A DNA stretch of 63,826 bases, the filler included, from Bradymonadales bacterium (lineage in GTDB: Bacteria > Bdellovibrionota > UBA2394), in NCBI GenBank assembly GCA_007693605.1. It is 6 parts of 5 records of this genome, joined end to end, with 100 filler letters (N's around TTAATTAATTAA, not from the genome) between each part and the next. Parts side by side here need not be neighbours in the genome. Positions count along the whole stretch, not along the records: positions 23,472 to 51,841 come from REDG01000062.1; 5 more parts are not named here. One strand, given 5' to 3'. The notes under the pieces are model-generated. The model made no database searches. It was not told the origin of the DNA and saw only the letters and a list, made by a program, of their open reading frames with translations. Of the stretch, positions 33,269 to 43,676 are shown in pieces (the stretch's first letter is position 1; each line of letters starts with the position of its first letter). The position numbers and the translations under genes were made by a program.

Positions 33269-34146
33269 TCTTTCTCTCTCGGAATAACTAAGGTGAATCT
33301 TGTGCCTTGGTTCTGCTGGCTCTTTACAGTGATCTGGCCTCCCATCGACTCAGCAATTCGCTTTACAATCGACAGACCTAGTCCGACCCCTTCTGTATCA
33401 ACTCCTTCAAGTCGGGTGAAGGGAACAAAAATTCTCTCTAAGTCCTTTCTATGAATGCCAACCCCATTGTCTGAAATGCTAATTCTATGATTGTCACGGC
33501 CACGAACAAACCGAATGTTGATTACGGGATCGACATTTTTTTTGTGGTACTTCAGAGAGTTGGCAATCAGGTTAAGAAAAACTTGATAGAGACGAATCGG
33601 GTCTCCTCGTACAACCAAGTCTTCATTGGGTAACTGAATCTGTCCTCTGGTCCGCTTGAGCTGCTCAGCCAAGGTTGACTCGACACTATGCAAAATCTCT
33701 AAAATGCTCACATGAGTTTGCTGATCTGACTCTTGATACAATTTTGAGATCGATTGCATGGATTCAATCAGCTGGTGGAGACTTCCGACCGCTTCTCTTA
33801 CAACTTTGACGAATCGTTTCTGATCTCGGTTCAAGCCCTCGCTGCCTTCTAGCAGTTGAGAAAATCCCTCTAGAGTAAGAAGGGGTTCTTTCAAATCATG
33901 AGAAAGCATCTGAAACATCATCTTCCATTCGCGATCTCGTTGTTGAAGTCGATGAAGCTCCGTTCTCAATTGAAAAAGTGTCTTTGAGCTTTGGGCGGCC
34001 TCTTGTGCTTGGGGTCGAGAGGAGAGAGGCAGGCGCGCCTGATCTCGAGCGCCTTCATTTCGCTCTGCCTTCTTACGAGTGCCATTTCTTGAACTCATTT
34101 TCTCAACCCCTAGTGTCAAAATTAAATCACTTGATTCTATGTTCAT
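33265..34146 (-). CDS. Cytoplasmic histidine kinase without sensor domain
   Basis: LSHDLKEPL (H box), NLIANSLKY (N box), DNGVGI (G1), GVGLGL (G2); RBS AGGAGG; no TM. Confidence 0.9.
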   Translation of the reverse strand: MNIESSDLILTLGVEKMSSRNGTRKKAERNEGARDQARLPLSSRPQAQEAAQSSKTLFQLRTELHRLQQRDREWKMMFQMLSHDLKEPLLTLEGFSQLLEGSEGLNRDQKRFVKVVREAVGSLHQLIESMQSISKLYQESDQQTHVSILEILHSVESTLAEQLKRTRGQIQLPNEDLVVRGDPIRLYQVFLNLIANSLKYHKKNVDPVINIRFVRGRDNHRISISDNGVGIHRKDLERIFVPFTRLEGVDTEGVGLGLSIVKRIAESMGGQITVKSQQNQGTRFTLVIPREKE

Positions 34147-34380
34147 TCCGGCCTCCTGTCAAAAGCCCCCCTCCCATCCAAAAACACTAGTCATTTCAAG
34201 ACCCCTCTGTTCTCGGGTTGGTAACTTTTGTTGTCAGGGAAAATAAATATTCCTTAGATCTTTCTGGGGTGTCAGAGATCTGATACTTTGGAGATGTCAA
34301 GCATTTGACGAGAGTGGGATTGGCGCCAAAACCCCCTGTGACTGGGGAGTGGCGATAAGATTCGAAGCGGGGGAGGAAGA

Positions 34381-35532
34381 ATGTCAAAGTCGAAGCAGGA
34401 TTGCCCGGGAGTGAGTCTTCATGGAGATCTAGAGGCCAGTATGCCGGCGAGTTCGTCGGAGTGGTCAGTCACGGCAATGGCAGAGGCTTCACGAGAAGCG
34501 GCAACTCAACTCAGTCGTCAGCAAGAGATGCTTCAGTCCGCTTTAGGAATTTCAAACTTTCCCTTTGTCGGAAATAGCCCTGCCATGCAGAAGGTGTTTG
34601 ACCTGATTCGTCGTGTGGCAGATACGGATTCGACGGTTCTCATTCTGGGAGAGAGCGGCACCGGAAAAGAGCTTGTCGCCAAAGCGCTTCACTTCAATTC
34701 TACGAGATCGGCTAAGGCCTTTGTTCCAGTAAACTGTGGGGCGATCCCATCAGAGCTTTTAGAGAGTGAGCTTTTCGGCCATGTGAAAGGGGCTTACACC
34801 GGGGCTCATACTGCAAGGGTGGGTCGCTTTACTCTCGCTCATCAGGGGAGCCTGTTTCTTGACGAGATCGGAACGATGCCGGCAGCTCTACAGGTGAAAA
34901 TTCTTCGAGCCCTACAAGAGAAGGAGTTCGAGCCGGTTGGGAGTGCGAAAACTCAAAAGTCAGACTGTCGAGTCATCGCGGCGACGAACAATGATCTCGA
35001 ACAAGAGGTACTAGAGGGGCGGTTTCGAGAGGATTTGTTTTATCGCCTGAATGTCATACCCATTCACCTGCCACCACTTCGAGATCGACGAGATGACATA
35101 CCGCTTCTGATCAGTCATTTCATTTCACGACTGAACGAAAAGCAGGGCTTTAAAATTCTCGGCGTCAGCAAAGAGGCGATGAACATTATGACGGGCTATC
35201 CTTGGCCCGGAAATGTTCGAGAGATCGAGAACATCTGCCAGAGGCTGTGCATATTGAAGGCAGAGGGAGTGATTGAGCCCGGAGATCTTCCGACTCGGTT
35301 AATGCAAGGGGGTTCGGGCTTACAGCGGACTAAGTTGGGTCTTTCTATGGGGGTTGAGTTGCCAGAAGAAGGCCTTTGCTTCGATTCAGTAGTTCAAGAG
35401 TTCGAAAATCGATTGATTATGACCGCTCTTGAGAGGACCCGATGGAACAAGAACAAGGCCGCTCAGCTGCTTCAAATGAATCGAACGACCCTTGTCGAAA
35501 AGATTAAGAAGCGGGGCCTTCAAAGCACTTGA
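34381..35532 (+). CDS. Sigma54-dependent enhancer-binding protein, FleQ/FlrA-like, no receiver domain
   Basis: [48 protein letters not shown], and Fis [14 protein letters not shown]. Confidence 0.9.
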   Translation: MSKSKQDCPGVSLHGDLEASMPASSSEWSVTAMAEASREAATQLSRQQEMLQSALGISNFPFVGNSPAMQKVFDLIRRVADTDSTVLILGESGTGKELVAKALHFNSTRSAKAFVPVNCGAIPSELLESELFGHVKGAYTGAHTARVGRFTLAHQGSLFLDEIGTMPAALQVKILRALQEKEFEPVGSAKTQKSDCRVIAATNNDLEQEVLEGRFREDLFYRLNVIPIHLPPLRDRRDDIPLLISHFISRLNEKQGFKILGVSKEAMNIMTGYPWPGNVREIENICQRLCILKAEGVIEPGDLPTRLMQGGSGLQRTKLGLSMGVELPEEGLCFDSVVQEFENRLIMTALERTRWNKNKAAQLLQMNRTTLVEKIKKRGLQST

Positions 35533-35563
35533 CCTCGGGCGGACATCCGTTAGCCTAGGCGGC

Positions 35564-36118
35564 ATGAGTATTAAGAACGATTCTTGGATTGTAAAAATGT
35601 CGAAGGAGCAGGGCATGATTGAGCCTTTTGAGGAGGCTCAGGTGCGGGAAGGCGCCATCTCTTTTGGCGTGTCTTCTTACGGCTATGATATGCGTGTTTC
35701 GGATGAGTACAAAATTTTTACCAATGTTCACTCGACGGTGATTGATCCGAAGAAATTTGAGTCAGAGAATTTCGTTGAGATAAAGTCACCAGTGGTGACG
35801 ATTCCGCCCAACTCTTTTGCATTGGCAAAGAGCGTCGAATATTTCCGAATACCCCGTTCTGTTTTGGCTGTTTGTTTGGGCAAGTCGACCTACGCCCGAT
35901 GCGGAATCATTTGCAATGTCACTCCCTTTGAGCCCGAATGGGAAGGAACCGTGACCATTGAGATTTCAAACACCACCCCGTTGCCTGCGAAGATCTATTC
36001 CAATGAGGGGATTTGCCAGGTCCTTTTCTTCGAATCCGATGAGCCCTGTCGAATTTCTTACAAAGATAAGAAGGGCAAGTATCAGGGGCAAAGGGGAATC
36101 ACTTTGCCTAGGCTTTGA
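35564..36118 (+). CDS. dcd: dCTP deaminase
   Basis: MIEPFE...[10 protein letters not shown]...[11 protein letters not shown]...TPFEPEWEG...[11 protein letters not shown]. Confidence 0.95.
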   Translation: MSIKNDSWIVKMSKEQGMIEPFEEAQVREGAISFGVSSYGYDMRVSDEYKIFTNVHSTVIDPKKFESENFVEIKSPVVTIPPNSFALAKSVEYFRIPRSVLAVCLGKSTYARCGIICNVTPFEPEWEGTVTIEISNTTPLPAKIYSNEGICQVLFFESDEPCRISYKDKKGKYQGQRGITLPRL

Positions 36119-36972
36119 CGAGGGTGGAGCGGGCCGATCTTCATTTTCACAGTCTTCATTCCGATGGTAAACATTCCGTTGATTTCTTGTGTGATTGGCT
36201 GGCCAAACAGATCCAAGATGGCTTGCAGCTCGCCGTTTTGACAGATCATGACGGTGTGGATGGATTTGAAATTTTTGACAGGCTGTCAGAGGCCCCTTGG
36301 CCGAGCATTCGGGCGTGTGAGCTATCTTGTGGGGTGAGTTTGAGAGGGGCTGAGTCGACTGAACTTCATTTGCTGATCTACGGGCTGAACGAGACGGACG
36401 CTTACCTGCGGGAGGCTTTTCAGAGATTTCGAGAGGAGCGGAGAACTCGCTTTGATGAGATTTGTAGAAGACTTCGGGCTGACGGCTATGAGCTGGCGGC
36501 TGAAGAGGTTGCGACAGAGCACAAGGGAGTTTTGGGGCGCCCCCATGTCGCGGATGCGCTTATTCGAACGGGAGTGGTGAAGTCTAGAAAGGAAGCCTTT
36601 GATCGATTTCTTTCGAACTCGTCAAAATACCTCCCCAAGAAATGGAGAATTCCCATAGAGGAAGCCCTCACTCATTGTCGAAAAAAGGGCTATCGAACGG
36701 CGATTGCGCATCCTGGCATTTACGGACTCAAGAGAGAGCACCTGGTTGTTCTGAAAGATTGGGGTCTTGATGCGGTCGAGGTCATTCACCCGAAGCACAA
36801 GCCTTCAGATGAAAAATTTTATCGGGCACTAGCGGACTCTCTGGGGCTCTTTGTGAGTGGAGGCAGCGACTTTCACGACGGAGAAACGGACTTGATAAAT
36901 GGGCTTCCCAGTCTGGGAAGGGCCCCGTATTCTTATTCAGAGGCTAGAGATTTTTTGGCCCCCTTTCTTTAG
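36115..36972 (+). CDS. PHP-domain phosphoesterase (YciV/TrpH-like)
   Basis: [31 protein letters not shown]. Confidence 0.9.
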   Translation: MTRVERADLHFHSLHSDGKHSVDFLCDWLAKQIQDGLQLAVLTDHDGVDGFEIFDRLSEAPWPSIRACELSCGVSLRGAESTELHLLIYGLNETDAYLREAFQRFREERRTRFDEICRRLRADGYELAAEEVATEHKGVLGRPHVADALIRTGVVKSRKEAFDRFLSNSSKYLPKKWRIPIEEALTHCRKKGYRTAIAHPGIYGLKREHLVVLKDWGLDAVEVIHPKHKPSDEKFYRALADSLGLFVSGGSDFHDGETDLINGLPSLGRAPYSYSEARDFLAPFL

Positions 36973-37020
36973 TGCGGGCCTTGCCGGGCCTCCTGATGGG
37001 GGAGTGGGCGATAGAGGAGT

Positions 37021-37332
37021 TTGGGAGTGAGTGACGATCGTAATTTGTTTGGAGACATTGAGAAACTGGTTTCAATTTCAGTCTTGGAACAGACTTATCA
37101 AGTGCCCGACCGATTAGAGATGCTCCGCGTGTTTCAGTTTCTAGACTACGAGATTGATTATTCTCGTCTCTGTTGGAACGCATCTTGCCAGCGCTGCTTT
37201 ATCGGTTATGAAAAGTTGAACAAAAAAACAAAGGCGCTGGCTTGTCGAACAAGAGCCTTTGAGGGCATGAGGGTGACTCAACTTCCCTCAGCGATTCGAA
37301 AGCCGAAGACTCAAGATGACCCAGAAGCTTAA
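37021..37332 (+). CDS. Small 2Fe-2S ferredoxin-like protein
   Basis: CWNASCQRC (C-x4-C-x2-C) plus ALACRT...EGMRV. Confidence 0.65.
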   Translation: MGVSDDRNLFGDIEKLVSISVLEQTYQVPDRLEMLRVFQFLDYEIDYSRLCWNASCQRCFIGYEKLNKKTKALACRTRAFEGMRVTQLPSAIRKPKTQDDPEA

Positions 37333-37725
37333 GCTGATGAGGCCGACGATCGTAAGGGCAAAGCCCAGTATCCCATGCACTATGGGAAAGCTGCCTGCAT
37401 AAGAAATGGTACCAGTAATCACCGCCGCCACCACCGTGATGAGATGGGCGAAGCTGTAAGCCAGCGCCATCTGGCGATCTGCGCGGGCTCGATCCATGTC
37501 TGCGAGCTGCTGGATGCCTAAATCTTCAAGCCAGGTCTGAGAACTCACCAGTAAAGAGCACTGGCCAATAAGGGCGGTAGAAAGAGCTAAGATGGCTCGG
37601 ATGAAGTGCCCCTCGGCGGAGGCGCTCATACTCTGAGAGAGCTGCAAGCCTGAGACAAGATTCAGAACGCTCAGAACAAAACTAAAAACCAAGATGGTCA
37701 GTCCAATGAAAAAACCAAGCCTCAT
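37288..37725 (-). CDS. Four-TM membrane protein at the end of the ccm operon
   Basis: Four hydrophobic segments; ATG overlaps the ccmD stop. Confidence 0.65.
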   Translation of the reverse strand: MRLGFFIGLTILVFSFVLSVLNLVSGLQLSQSMSASAEGHFIRAILALSTALIGQCSLLVSSQTWLEDLGIQQLADMDRARADRQMALAYSFAHLITVVAAVITGTISYAGSFPIVHGILGFALTIVGLISLSFWVILSLRLSNR

Positions 37726-37868
37726 AGTTTTGATCTTTTGAACTCAGCCTCCAGCCGTTTCAGTTCCTTTGAGAGAGATTGAACCTTTACAACCAAGAAG
37801 ACAATCAGTGCGAATGGGAGTAGCCAAAGCGCAAGATAAGCAAAAATTAAAGAAAGCGGGCCGGTCAT
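37722..37868 (-). CDS. ccmD: Heme exporter protein CcmD
   Basis: Manual translation MTGPLSLIFAYLALWLLPFALIVFLVVKVQSLSKELKRLEAEFKRSKL*; ATGA overlaps at both ends; not in the ORF track. Confidence 0.78.
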   Translation of the reverse strand: MTGPLSLIFAYLALWLLPFALIVFLVVKVQSLSKELKRLEAEFKRSKL

Positions 37869-38563
37869 AGTGAGTCTTCACTCCTCTCTTGCAGAAAGTT
37901 TCTTCGCAACGCATGAACTCGTTTTTGAGTCTGATATATCCAAAACGCAAGAATCGCTAACAAAAATCCAAACAAAAATATCGCAAAAATCATGGTCTCA
38001 AAGGCGTTTCGATAGACGGGGGGCAAGCCCTCAGGATCTCGAAGCACGCTCGGATGAAGTCCTCTCCAAATTCGGACACTGTAATGAATCAAGGGAATGT
38101 TCAAACAAGCGACCACCGCCAAGATGGCTCCCACAAAGGCGCCCTTTGTCGTGCCGCCTTCACGATCATCAAATACCTTTCGAGTAACCAAGTAGGCAAT
38201 GAGCAACATAAAAACAATAAAGCTTGTCGTGAGTCGAGGGTCCCAAGCCCAGTAGACCCCCCATACGGGTTTTGCCCAAAGCGGGCCAGAGACCATCACA
38301 AGGGCGCCAAACAGCGAAGCCACTAACATGGAGGCCTTGGCGGCTGAATCATAGGTGACATTCCTTTGGATCAGATAGACGACCGAGAACAAAGCTCCCA
38401 GGCTCAGAAACAGATACATCGCAAATGCCGAGGGCACATGAAAGAAAAAGATTTTTTGTACCACGCCCTGAGTCTTTTCAATGGGCAGCCGAAGAAAAAT
38501 ATTGGCAAGACTGCCAATTAGGAGGGTTGCGGTTAGGCCGTATATTAACCAAAAGAACCTCAT
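37865..38563 (-). CDS. ccmC: Heme exporter/chaperone CcmC
   Basis: IFFFHVPSA, GPLWAKPVWGVYWAWDPRLT, WRGLHP. Confidence 0.95.
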   Translation of the reverse strand: MRFFWLIYGLTATLLIGSLANIFLRLPIEKTQGVVQKIFFFHVPSAFAMYLFLSLGALFSVVYLIQRNVTYDSAAKASMLVASLFGALVMVSGPLWAKPVWGVYWAWDPRLTTSFIVFMLLIAYLVTRKVFDDREGGTTKGAFVGAILAVVACLNIPLIHYSVRIWRGLHPSVLRDPEGLPPVYRNAFETMIFAIFLFGFLLAILAFWIYQTQKRVHALRRNFLQERSEDSL

Positions 38564-38577
38564 AAGGCTGGCCCAGA

Positions 38578-39219
38578 CTACTGGCTTTCGATCAGTTCGT
38601 CGAAGAAAAACTCAAAAACCAGAGCACTCAGAAATCCCCCTGCGACCGCTTGGGCCAACAACAAATAAAGCCAGCTCACCTGAGGGGCGAAACTCAACTC
38701 ATGACCGGCCAAAATTGCGGGACTCATGAGTGGAATGAAGAAGAGCCCGAAGAGAAAGTCCCTCTCCCAATGCAAGAGAAGGCCGATCAGGCAGCCCATC
38801 GGGCTGATGGCGAGCCCCACCAGAAGACTCACCCACAGGCTTCTCAGCTCGAAGTCTTGGGGTGACCAAAAGATGAAAACAAGACTCAAAAAAAATACAG
38901 ACAAGAGGGCGGTGGCCATCCACTGACTGAGAGCCTGGCTGAGAAAGATCAGAAGCCGTGGGGTTCGAAGCGAAAAGTAGTGGCTGAAGTTTCTGGAGCG
39001 GTTTTCTTGTTCAAAGCTTCTATAAAACAAAGAAGTCACAGCCAGAAAAAAAACAATCCAGTAGGCCGATTGCCAAGCCAGAAGAGAGGAATCACCAGAC
39101 TGACTACTCAGGCCAAGCAGTAAAAAAACCGGAAGTCCAAAAAGAAGTGCGGGAATCAAACTATGCCGGAAGTTTTGCAAGTCCTTTAGAAAGAGGGCTC
39201 CAAAGATTCCTAGTCTCAT
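38578..39219 (-). CDS. ccmB: Heme exporter CcmB (divergent)
   Basis: LFLKDL...YRSFEQE...FFIPLMSPAIL; multi-TM; lies between ccmA and ccmC. Confidence 0.72.
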   Translation of the reverse strand: MRLGIFGALFLKDLQNFRHSLIPALLFGLPVFLLLGLSSQSGDSSLLAWQSAYWIVFFLAVTSLFYRSFEQENRSRNFSHYFSLRTPRLLIFLSQALSQWMATALLSVFFLSLVFIFWSPQDFELRSLWVSLLVGLAISPMGCLIGLLLHWERDFLFGLFFIPLMSPAILAGHELSFAPQVSWLYLLLAQAVAGGFLSALVFEFFFDELIESQ

Positions 39220-39773
39220 AGCCTTAAAGCCTTCGCAGAGGGGTCAAAAATCTGGCTCTCATCGTGCACGGAGTAAACAAAAGAGGTTCCTCTCTTTTTG
39301 GCCTCTTCGAGTTTTGATTTGAAAAATCGAGTTCGATCCGGGTCTAGATGACTAAAGGCTTCATCCAGCAAATAAACAGGCGCTTGCAATCCGAGCTGAA
39401 TCGAGAGTTCTACATCTCTTCTCATTCCCGCACTCAAATGGCTGATCAGTAGACTTCGAGTGTTTGAGATTCGATCAGTGAACTCTGGCTCCAAGCTCTT
39501 GCCAGAAAGCTTTTCGAAGTAGCTTTGATTGCTTTGGACATTCCATGTGTCAAAGAGAAAGGGGCTGACGCCAACCTGTCCGATGAAGTCCGCAGAATCC
39601 AGAACACGCCCCTCTTCAGGTCGCAGCAGCCCCAAAATCAATTTCATCAGGCTGGTTTTGCCGGCGCCATTCCTTCCCACAACAAAAAGGCTTTCGCCTG
39701 GCTTTAGCTCAAAGCTGATGGGCCCCATCTTAAAATGAGACCGAGAAAATCGAAGAGCCTCAACTCTCAGCAT
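39216..39773 (-). CDS. ccmA: ABC ATPase CcmA
   Basis: GRNGAGKTS, LSAGMRR, LLDEAFSHLD; ccm context. Confidence 0.82.
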   Translation of the reverse strand: MLRVEALRFSRSHFKMGPISFELKPGESLFVVGRNGAGKTSLMKLILGLLRPEEGRVLDSADFIGQVGVSPFLFDTWNVQSNQSYFEKLSGKSLEPEFTDRISNTRSLLISHLSAGMRRDVELSIQLGLQAPVYLLDEAFSHLDPDRTRFFKSKLEEAKKRGTSFVYSVHDESQIFDPSAKALRL

Positions 39774-40836
39774 TCTTTATGCTTTCACTTTCATAGATGG
39801 GAATCAAACGCTGAAACAACTTTAGGCGTCTTTCTTGGTATTCAACTAATCCAATCAAAGCCCTCTCTCTCAGCTTCTCAAGCCGATCTAACTGTTTCAG
39901 AAGCTCGTCCTTTGGGCCTAGAGTGTTGGAAACTCCTGGCCCCGTGAAAAGAAAAGAAAAAATGAAGAGCAGGCCAAGGCTGACGAGAGGGAGCCACCAA
40001 GTCCAGGGCATCAGGAGGGGTAAACCTGAGAGCCGAAATCGATAGCCTGGCTCAGGCGAGTCCACACGAAAGATTTCTTGCCACTGTCCTCCGAAAAACT
40101 TTCTGCCCTCTGATACGAAGTCTAGTTCAGATAGACTCCAATTCATCTCCTCTGGCAGAAGAACCTCAAGGCGATCGACCGGCAAACTGTATCGGCTCCC
40201 AAGAAGGGTCGACAATCTTGGGCGATCAATCTGATACTGAATTGAAAAATAATGTCGCCCGGGGGCCAATGCCTGAAGAAGAAGTGTTTCAGGCCCATCG
40301 CTACCCACACTTCCGGCGGAGAAGCCTTGCGCCAAGCGTCGGTTGAAGGCTGAACGAGGAAGGCGAAAGCGCAAGATATGTCGTTGAGGCTCTTCTCCCT
40401 TTCCGGTCAGAGTATAGGAACTAGAATTTTCGATTTCGAAACTCTCGAGTACAAAAAGTTCTGAGCCCCGCCACTCGAAAGAAAAGGAGTTTCGGAGTAT
40501 TCTTAGACCCTCCACCCCAGCTCGATGCGGAAAGACTTTCACGCGCAAACCCCCACTGAAGGCGGCTGCCGGGATCTTGAGTTCTGAAAAATAGGTTACA
40601 CCCTCATATTCAACGACGGCCGCCAATCCATCGAGTTCAGCGTCAGCAAGATTGAAGCGCAGCACTCCAGAGCGGTCCGTCGTTCCTTCCATGAGCTTTC
40701 TAGATTGCCCCGCTTGAATGCCGAACAGCTGAACTGTCTGATCCGCCAGAGGTTGATCGCCTCTTTCCACCAGCACTTCCAGTGGCTGAGTGGACACGAT
40801 CAGAGAAAAGAGCCATGTCGAGAATAGGCCAATCAT
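39760..40836 (-). CDS. Exported beta-rich protein with C-terminal TM in the ccm operon
   Basis: Signal-like N-terminus; GTTDRSGVLRF...YEGVTYFS; TM WWLPLVSLGLLFIFSF. Confidence 0.65.
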   Translation of the reverse strand: MIGLFSTWLFSLIVSTQPLEVLVERGDQPLADQTVQLFGIQAGQSRKLMEGTTDRSGVLRFNLADAELDGLAAVVEYEGVTYFSELKIPAAAFSGGLRVKVFPHRAGVEGLRILRNSFSFEWRGSELFVLESFEIENSSSYTLTGKGEEPQRHILRFRLPRSAFNRRLAQGFSAGSVGSDGPETLLLQALAPGRHYFSIQYQIDRPRLSTLLGSRYSLPVDRLEVLLPEEMNWSLSELDFVSEGRKFFGGQWQEIFRVDSPEPGYRFRLSGLPLLMPWTWWLPLVSLGLLFIFSFLFTGPGVSNTLGPKDELLKQLDRLEKLRERALIGLVEYQERRLKLFQRLIPIYESESIKNAES

Positions 40837-41192
40837 TGCTTGTTTTCTCTCAACTTTTTCAAATCGGACCGAATCGCCTTAAAGACGGACTCTGACTCTT
40901 CCATGTGTTGAAGCGCTCTTGATCTTTCTTCAGCCTTTTGAAGAAAGTCTTCTCGAATCATTTGATAGTCTTCCGGACTCAGTTTTTGCATCTGATGATC
41001 AATCTCAATGTCTTTCAAATTATCTAAAATCATTTCCTTTTCTTGAGTGAGTAGCTGATATCGCGGCCAAATCGAATCAGGTTTGCTTGTTCTGTCCTTT
41101 TTAGTTTTCACTCCCATCAGGGGGGCGAGGACAAAACAAAGAGAAGCGCTAGAAATCAGTGTCAGGAAAATGATCAAGGTCAAATCATTCAT
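40833..41192 (-). CDS. CcmI N-terminal-like protein
   Basis: TM ending VLAPL, then EKEMILDNLKDIEIDHQMQKLSPEDY. Confidence 0.65.
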   Translation of the reverse strand: MNDLTLIIFLTLISSASLCFVLAPLMGVKTKKDRTSKPDSIWPRYQLLTQEKEMILDNLKDIEIDHQMQKLSPEDYQMIREDFLQKAEERSRALQHMEESESVFKAIRSDLKKLRENKQ

Positions 41193-43182
41193 TCTTCTTC
41201 AACCTCTTAATCTCCTTCGGTCTTAGCTGAAAGCCCAGACTAGGCATCAAGGTGATCAGACCGCCAATGACCAGAATCGCACCGCCCAGCCAGAGCCAAA
41301 TGATATAGGGCTGGAGGAGTACGCGAATCTTTGCCTCTCCGACCACCGGGGCAAAGGAGCCTAAGATGAAGTAGACATCTTCTTTGAGCCGCGAATAAAT
41401 ATCGACCTCGGTGGAGGGTTGTTCTTGAATCTTATAGAAGAACCTGGCCGGCTTCATGGTTCGTCGAAACTGTCCATTCACATACAGATCGATGACGGCG
41501 TGATGTTCATATTGGTTTGGCTGATCCCTGAATTGCAGCCCGTGATAGTGGATTTCGTAGTTTTCAAATTGATGCCTTTGGCCTGGAGTCACATCAAACT
41601 CATAGACCCGCTTGTAAGAGGCGCCTGCAATACCTACAAACATGGCGACAATTCCTAAGTGAACAATATAGCCGCCGTACTTTCGGTGGTTCCTGAAGCA
41701 GGCTCGAAAGAGAGCTTCAGCCCAAGATTCTCCGTGTGCGACGACGCGTGCCCGACCCCCTTTATAAAACTCCATTCCGATTGTGGTCATCACAAAGGCC
41801 GCTCCAAATGCTGTCAGGACCACATACCAATCGGTCAGCCCGAAAAGGAGAAGAGTAACCGATGCAAGGCAGCCCAAGATCACAGGGAAAACAAAGCTTT
41901 CTTTGAGGTTTTTCTCGCTGGCCTTTCTCCACGCGATGACAGGACCTACTCCGGTTAAGATCAGCAGTACAATTCCGAAGGGGGCGAGCATTTGATTGAA
42001 AAAGGGTGGCCCGACAATGATTCGAGTTCCGGTGATGAGTTCACTAACGCTGGGAAATAGGGTGGCCCACAGAATCACAAAGGCAGAGCCCACCAACGCA
42101 ATATTGTTAACCACAAACGCACTCTCTTTTGACAAAAAGGATTCAAAGATGTTCTCGCTTCGAAGCTGATGGCGGCGGTACCAAATCAGAGAAAAGGAGC
42201 TCATCAGGACAATGATCAGAAAGCTAAGAAAAAAGTAGCCGAGGTCAGAGCTTGCAAAGCTGTGAACGCTCTGCACAACGCCCGATCGGGTGAGGTAGGT
42301 AGCGAGTATCGTTAGGGCGAAGCTCAAAACGATCAAATTCATATTCCAAAGCTTCAGCATTCCTCGCTTCTCTTGGATCATGACCGAATGAAGGAAGGCG
42401 GTGGCCGTCAGCCAAGGCAGGAGGGCTGCATTTTCGACAGGATCCCAGCCCCAAAATCCACCCCAGCCGAGCTCTTCATAGGCCCACTGGGCACCCAAAA
42501 TGTTTCCGATCGACAGAAAAAACCAAGCCACTAGAGTCCAAATTCTAGAGGCGACAATCCAGCGAATACCAAGTTCTCCGCTCATCAAGGCAGCCATCGC
42601 AAAGGCAAAGGGAACGGACATGCCGACAAATCCAAGGTAGAGGCTTGGAGGGTGAATCGCCATACTTGGGTTTTGGAGCAGCGGGTTGAGGCCGCGACCG
42701 TCGTTTGGAGCTTCTGGAAATACTGCAAAGGGGTTGTCGCTGTAGAGAATCAAGCTGCAAAAGAAGATCAAGATCAGGCCAAAGCAAATGATAAGATAGG
42801 GCATCAATCGACGGTCTGAGTGTCGATGAAAGAAGAGAACGCCTGCCATATAGAGAGCGTTAATCCAGAGCCAGAAGAGTAAGCTGCCGTCTTGGCCACC
42901 CCAGAGAGCCGTGAACTTATAGATGATGGGCATTTCACGGTTCGAATAGGCATAAACATAGCGAATAAGAAAATTGTCCGTGAGAAAGCTCCAGACCAAG
43001 ATCAGAGTGGCGGCTGTGAGAAGAAAGAAACTGAGATAGGCGGCTCGCTTCGCAAGAATAAGCTTCAGTTCGTCTCGGCTTTTAATCGAAAGGACTGAAA
43101 ACAGAATTGCAAAAAGAATGGCTCCGAAGGCGACCGAGACACAAAATTCCCCAACCGCCGGCCAGAAATTTTCTGAGAACAC
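41185..43182 (-). CDS. ccmF: Cytochrome c synthetase CcmF
   Basis: WGGQDGSLLFW, GLNPLLQ, IHPP, WAYEELGWGGFWGWDPVEN, TRSGVVQSVHSF. Confidence 0.97.
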   Translation of the reverse strand: MFSENFWPAVGEFCVSVAFGAILFAILFSVLSIKSRDELKLILAKRAAYLSFFLLTAATLILVWSFLTDNFLIRYVYAYSNREMPIIYKFTALWGGQDGSLLFWLWINALYMAGVLFFHRHSDRRLMPYLIICFGLILIFFCSLILYSDNPFAVFPEAPNDGRGLNPLLQNPSMAIHPPSLYLGFVGMSVPFAFAMAALMSGELGIRWIVASRIWTLVAWFFLSIGNILGAQWAYEELGWGGFWGWDPVENAALLPWLTATAFLHSVMIQEKRGMLKLWNMNLIVLSFALTILATYLTRSGVVQSVHSFASSDLGYFFLSFLIIVLMSSFSLIWYRRHQLRSENIFESFLSKESAFVVNNIALVGSAFVILWATLFPSVSELITGTRIIVGPPFFNQMLAPFGIVLLILTGVGPVIAWRKASEKNLKESFVFPVILGCLASVTLLLFGLTDWYVVLTAFGAAFVMTTIGMEFYKGGRARVVAHGESWAEALFRACFRNHRKYGGYIVHLGIVAMFVGIAGASYKRVYEFDVTPGQRHQFENYEIHYHGLQFRDQPNQYEHHAVIDLYVNGQFRRTMKPARFFYKIQEQPSTEVDIYSRLKEDVYFILGSFAPVVGEAKIRVLLQPYIIWLWLGGAILVIGGLITLMPSLGFQLRPKEIKRLKKNE

Positions 43183-43219
43183 GGCAAAACGCTACTAAAA
43201 ATTGAATGCAAGATCGAGC

Positions 43220-43648
43220 TTATTCGCTCTGCCAATAGGCAGGAGCTTCCCCAGGTTCATATTTTGAAGCGCACTTGGCCATCAGATGATCTGCTACAAA
43301 CAAATTTCCATCCTCTGTGCGACCTTCAACGATGACATCCACGCCGGGGACAAATGTGTCTGGAGCGATCCCTTCGTAAACCACTCGGATAGAGTGGCCC
43401 TCATGAGCCACCAAAAATTCATAACGATTTCTCTCTTGAACGAAACCCTCTTCGAGGACATAGCCGGCAAGCTTCAGTCGGCGACCAAAGTACTGGCCGT
43501 CAGAATTTGCGAGCTCGTCGACAGTCATATAAAAAGAAACCACCCCTTCAATGGCCTTCATGCCAAAGGCGGCCACCAGAAAGGCGGCAAAAAGACCAAA
43601 GATGACCCAAATCCAACGAATTCCTTTTTGAGTCTTTGCTTGAGACAT
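43220..43648 (-). CDS. ccmE: Heme chaperone CcmE, Cys-type (CxxxY)
   Basis: FYMTVDE...PDTFVPG...VIVEG...LMAKCASKY. Start set at ATG 43648. Confidence 0.9.
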   Translation of the reverse strand: MSQAKTQKGIRWIWVIFGLFAAFLVAAFGMKAIEGVVSFYMTVDELANSDGQYFGRRLKLAGYVLEEGFVQERNRYEFLVAHEGHSIRVVYEGIAPDTFVPGVDVIVEGRTEDGNLFVADHLMAKCASKYEPGEAPAYWQSE

Positions 43649-43676
43649 TAAATTCATTATGCCATGAAGGGGGCTA

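Noticed and set aside
37744..37950. Cys-rich 68-aa minus-strand ORF
   Set aside because: It is an alternative frame over the ccmC end and the real ccmD (37722-37868).
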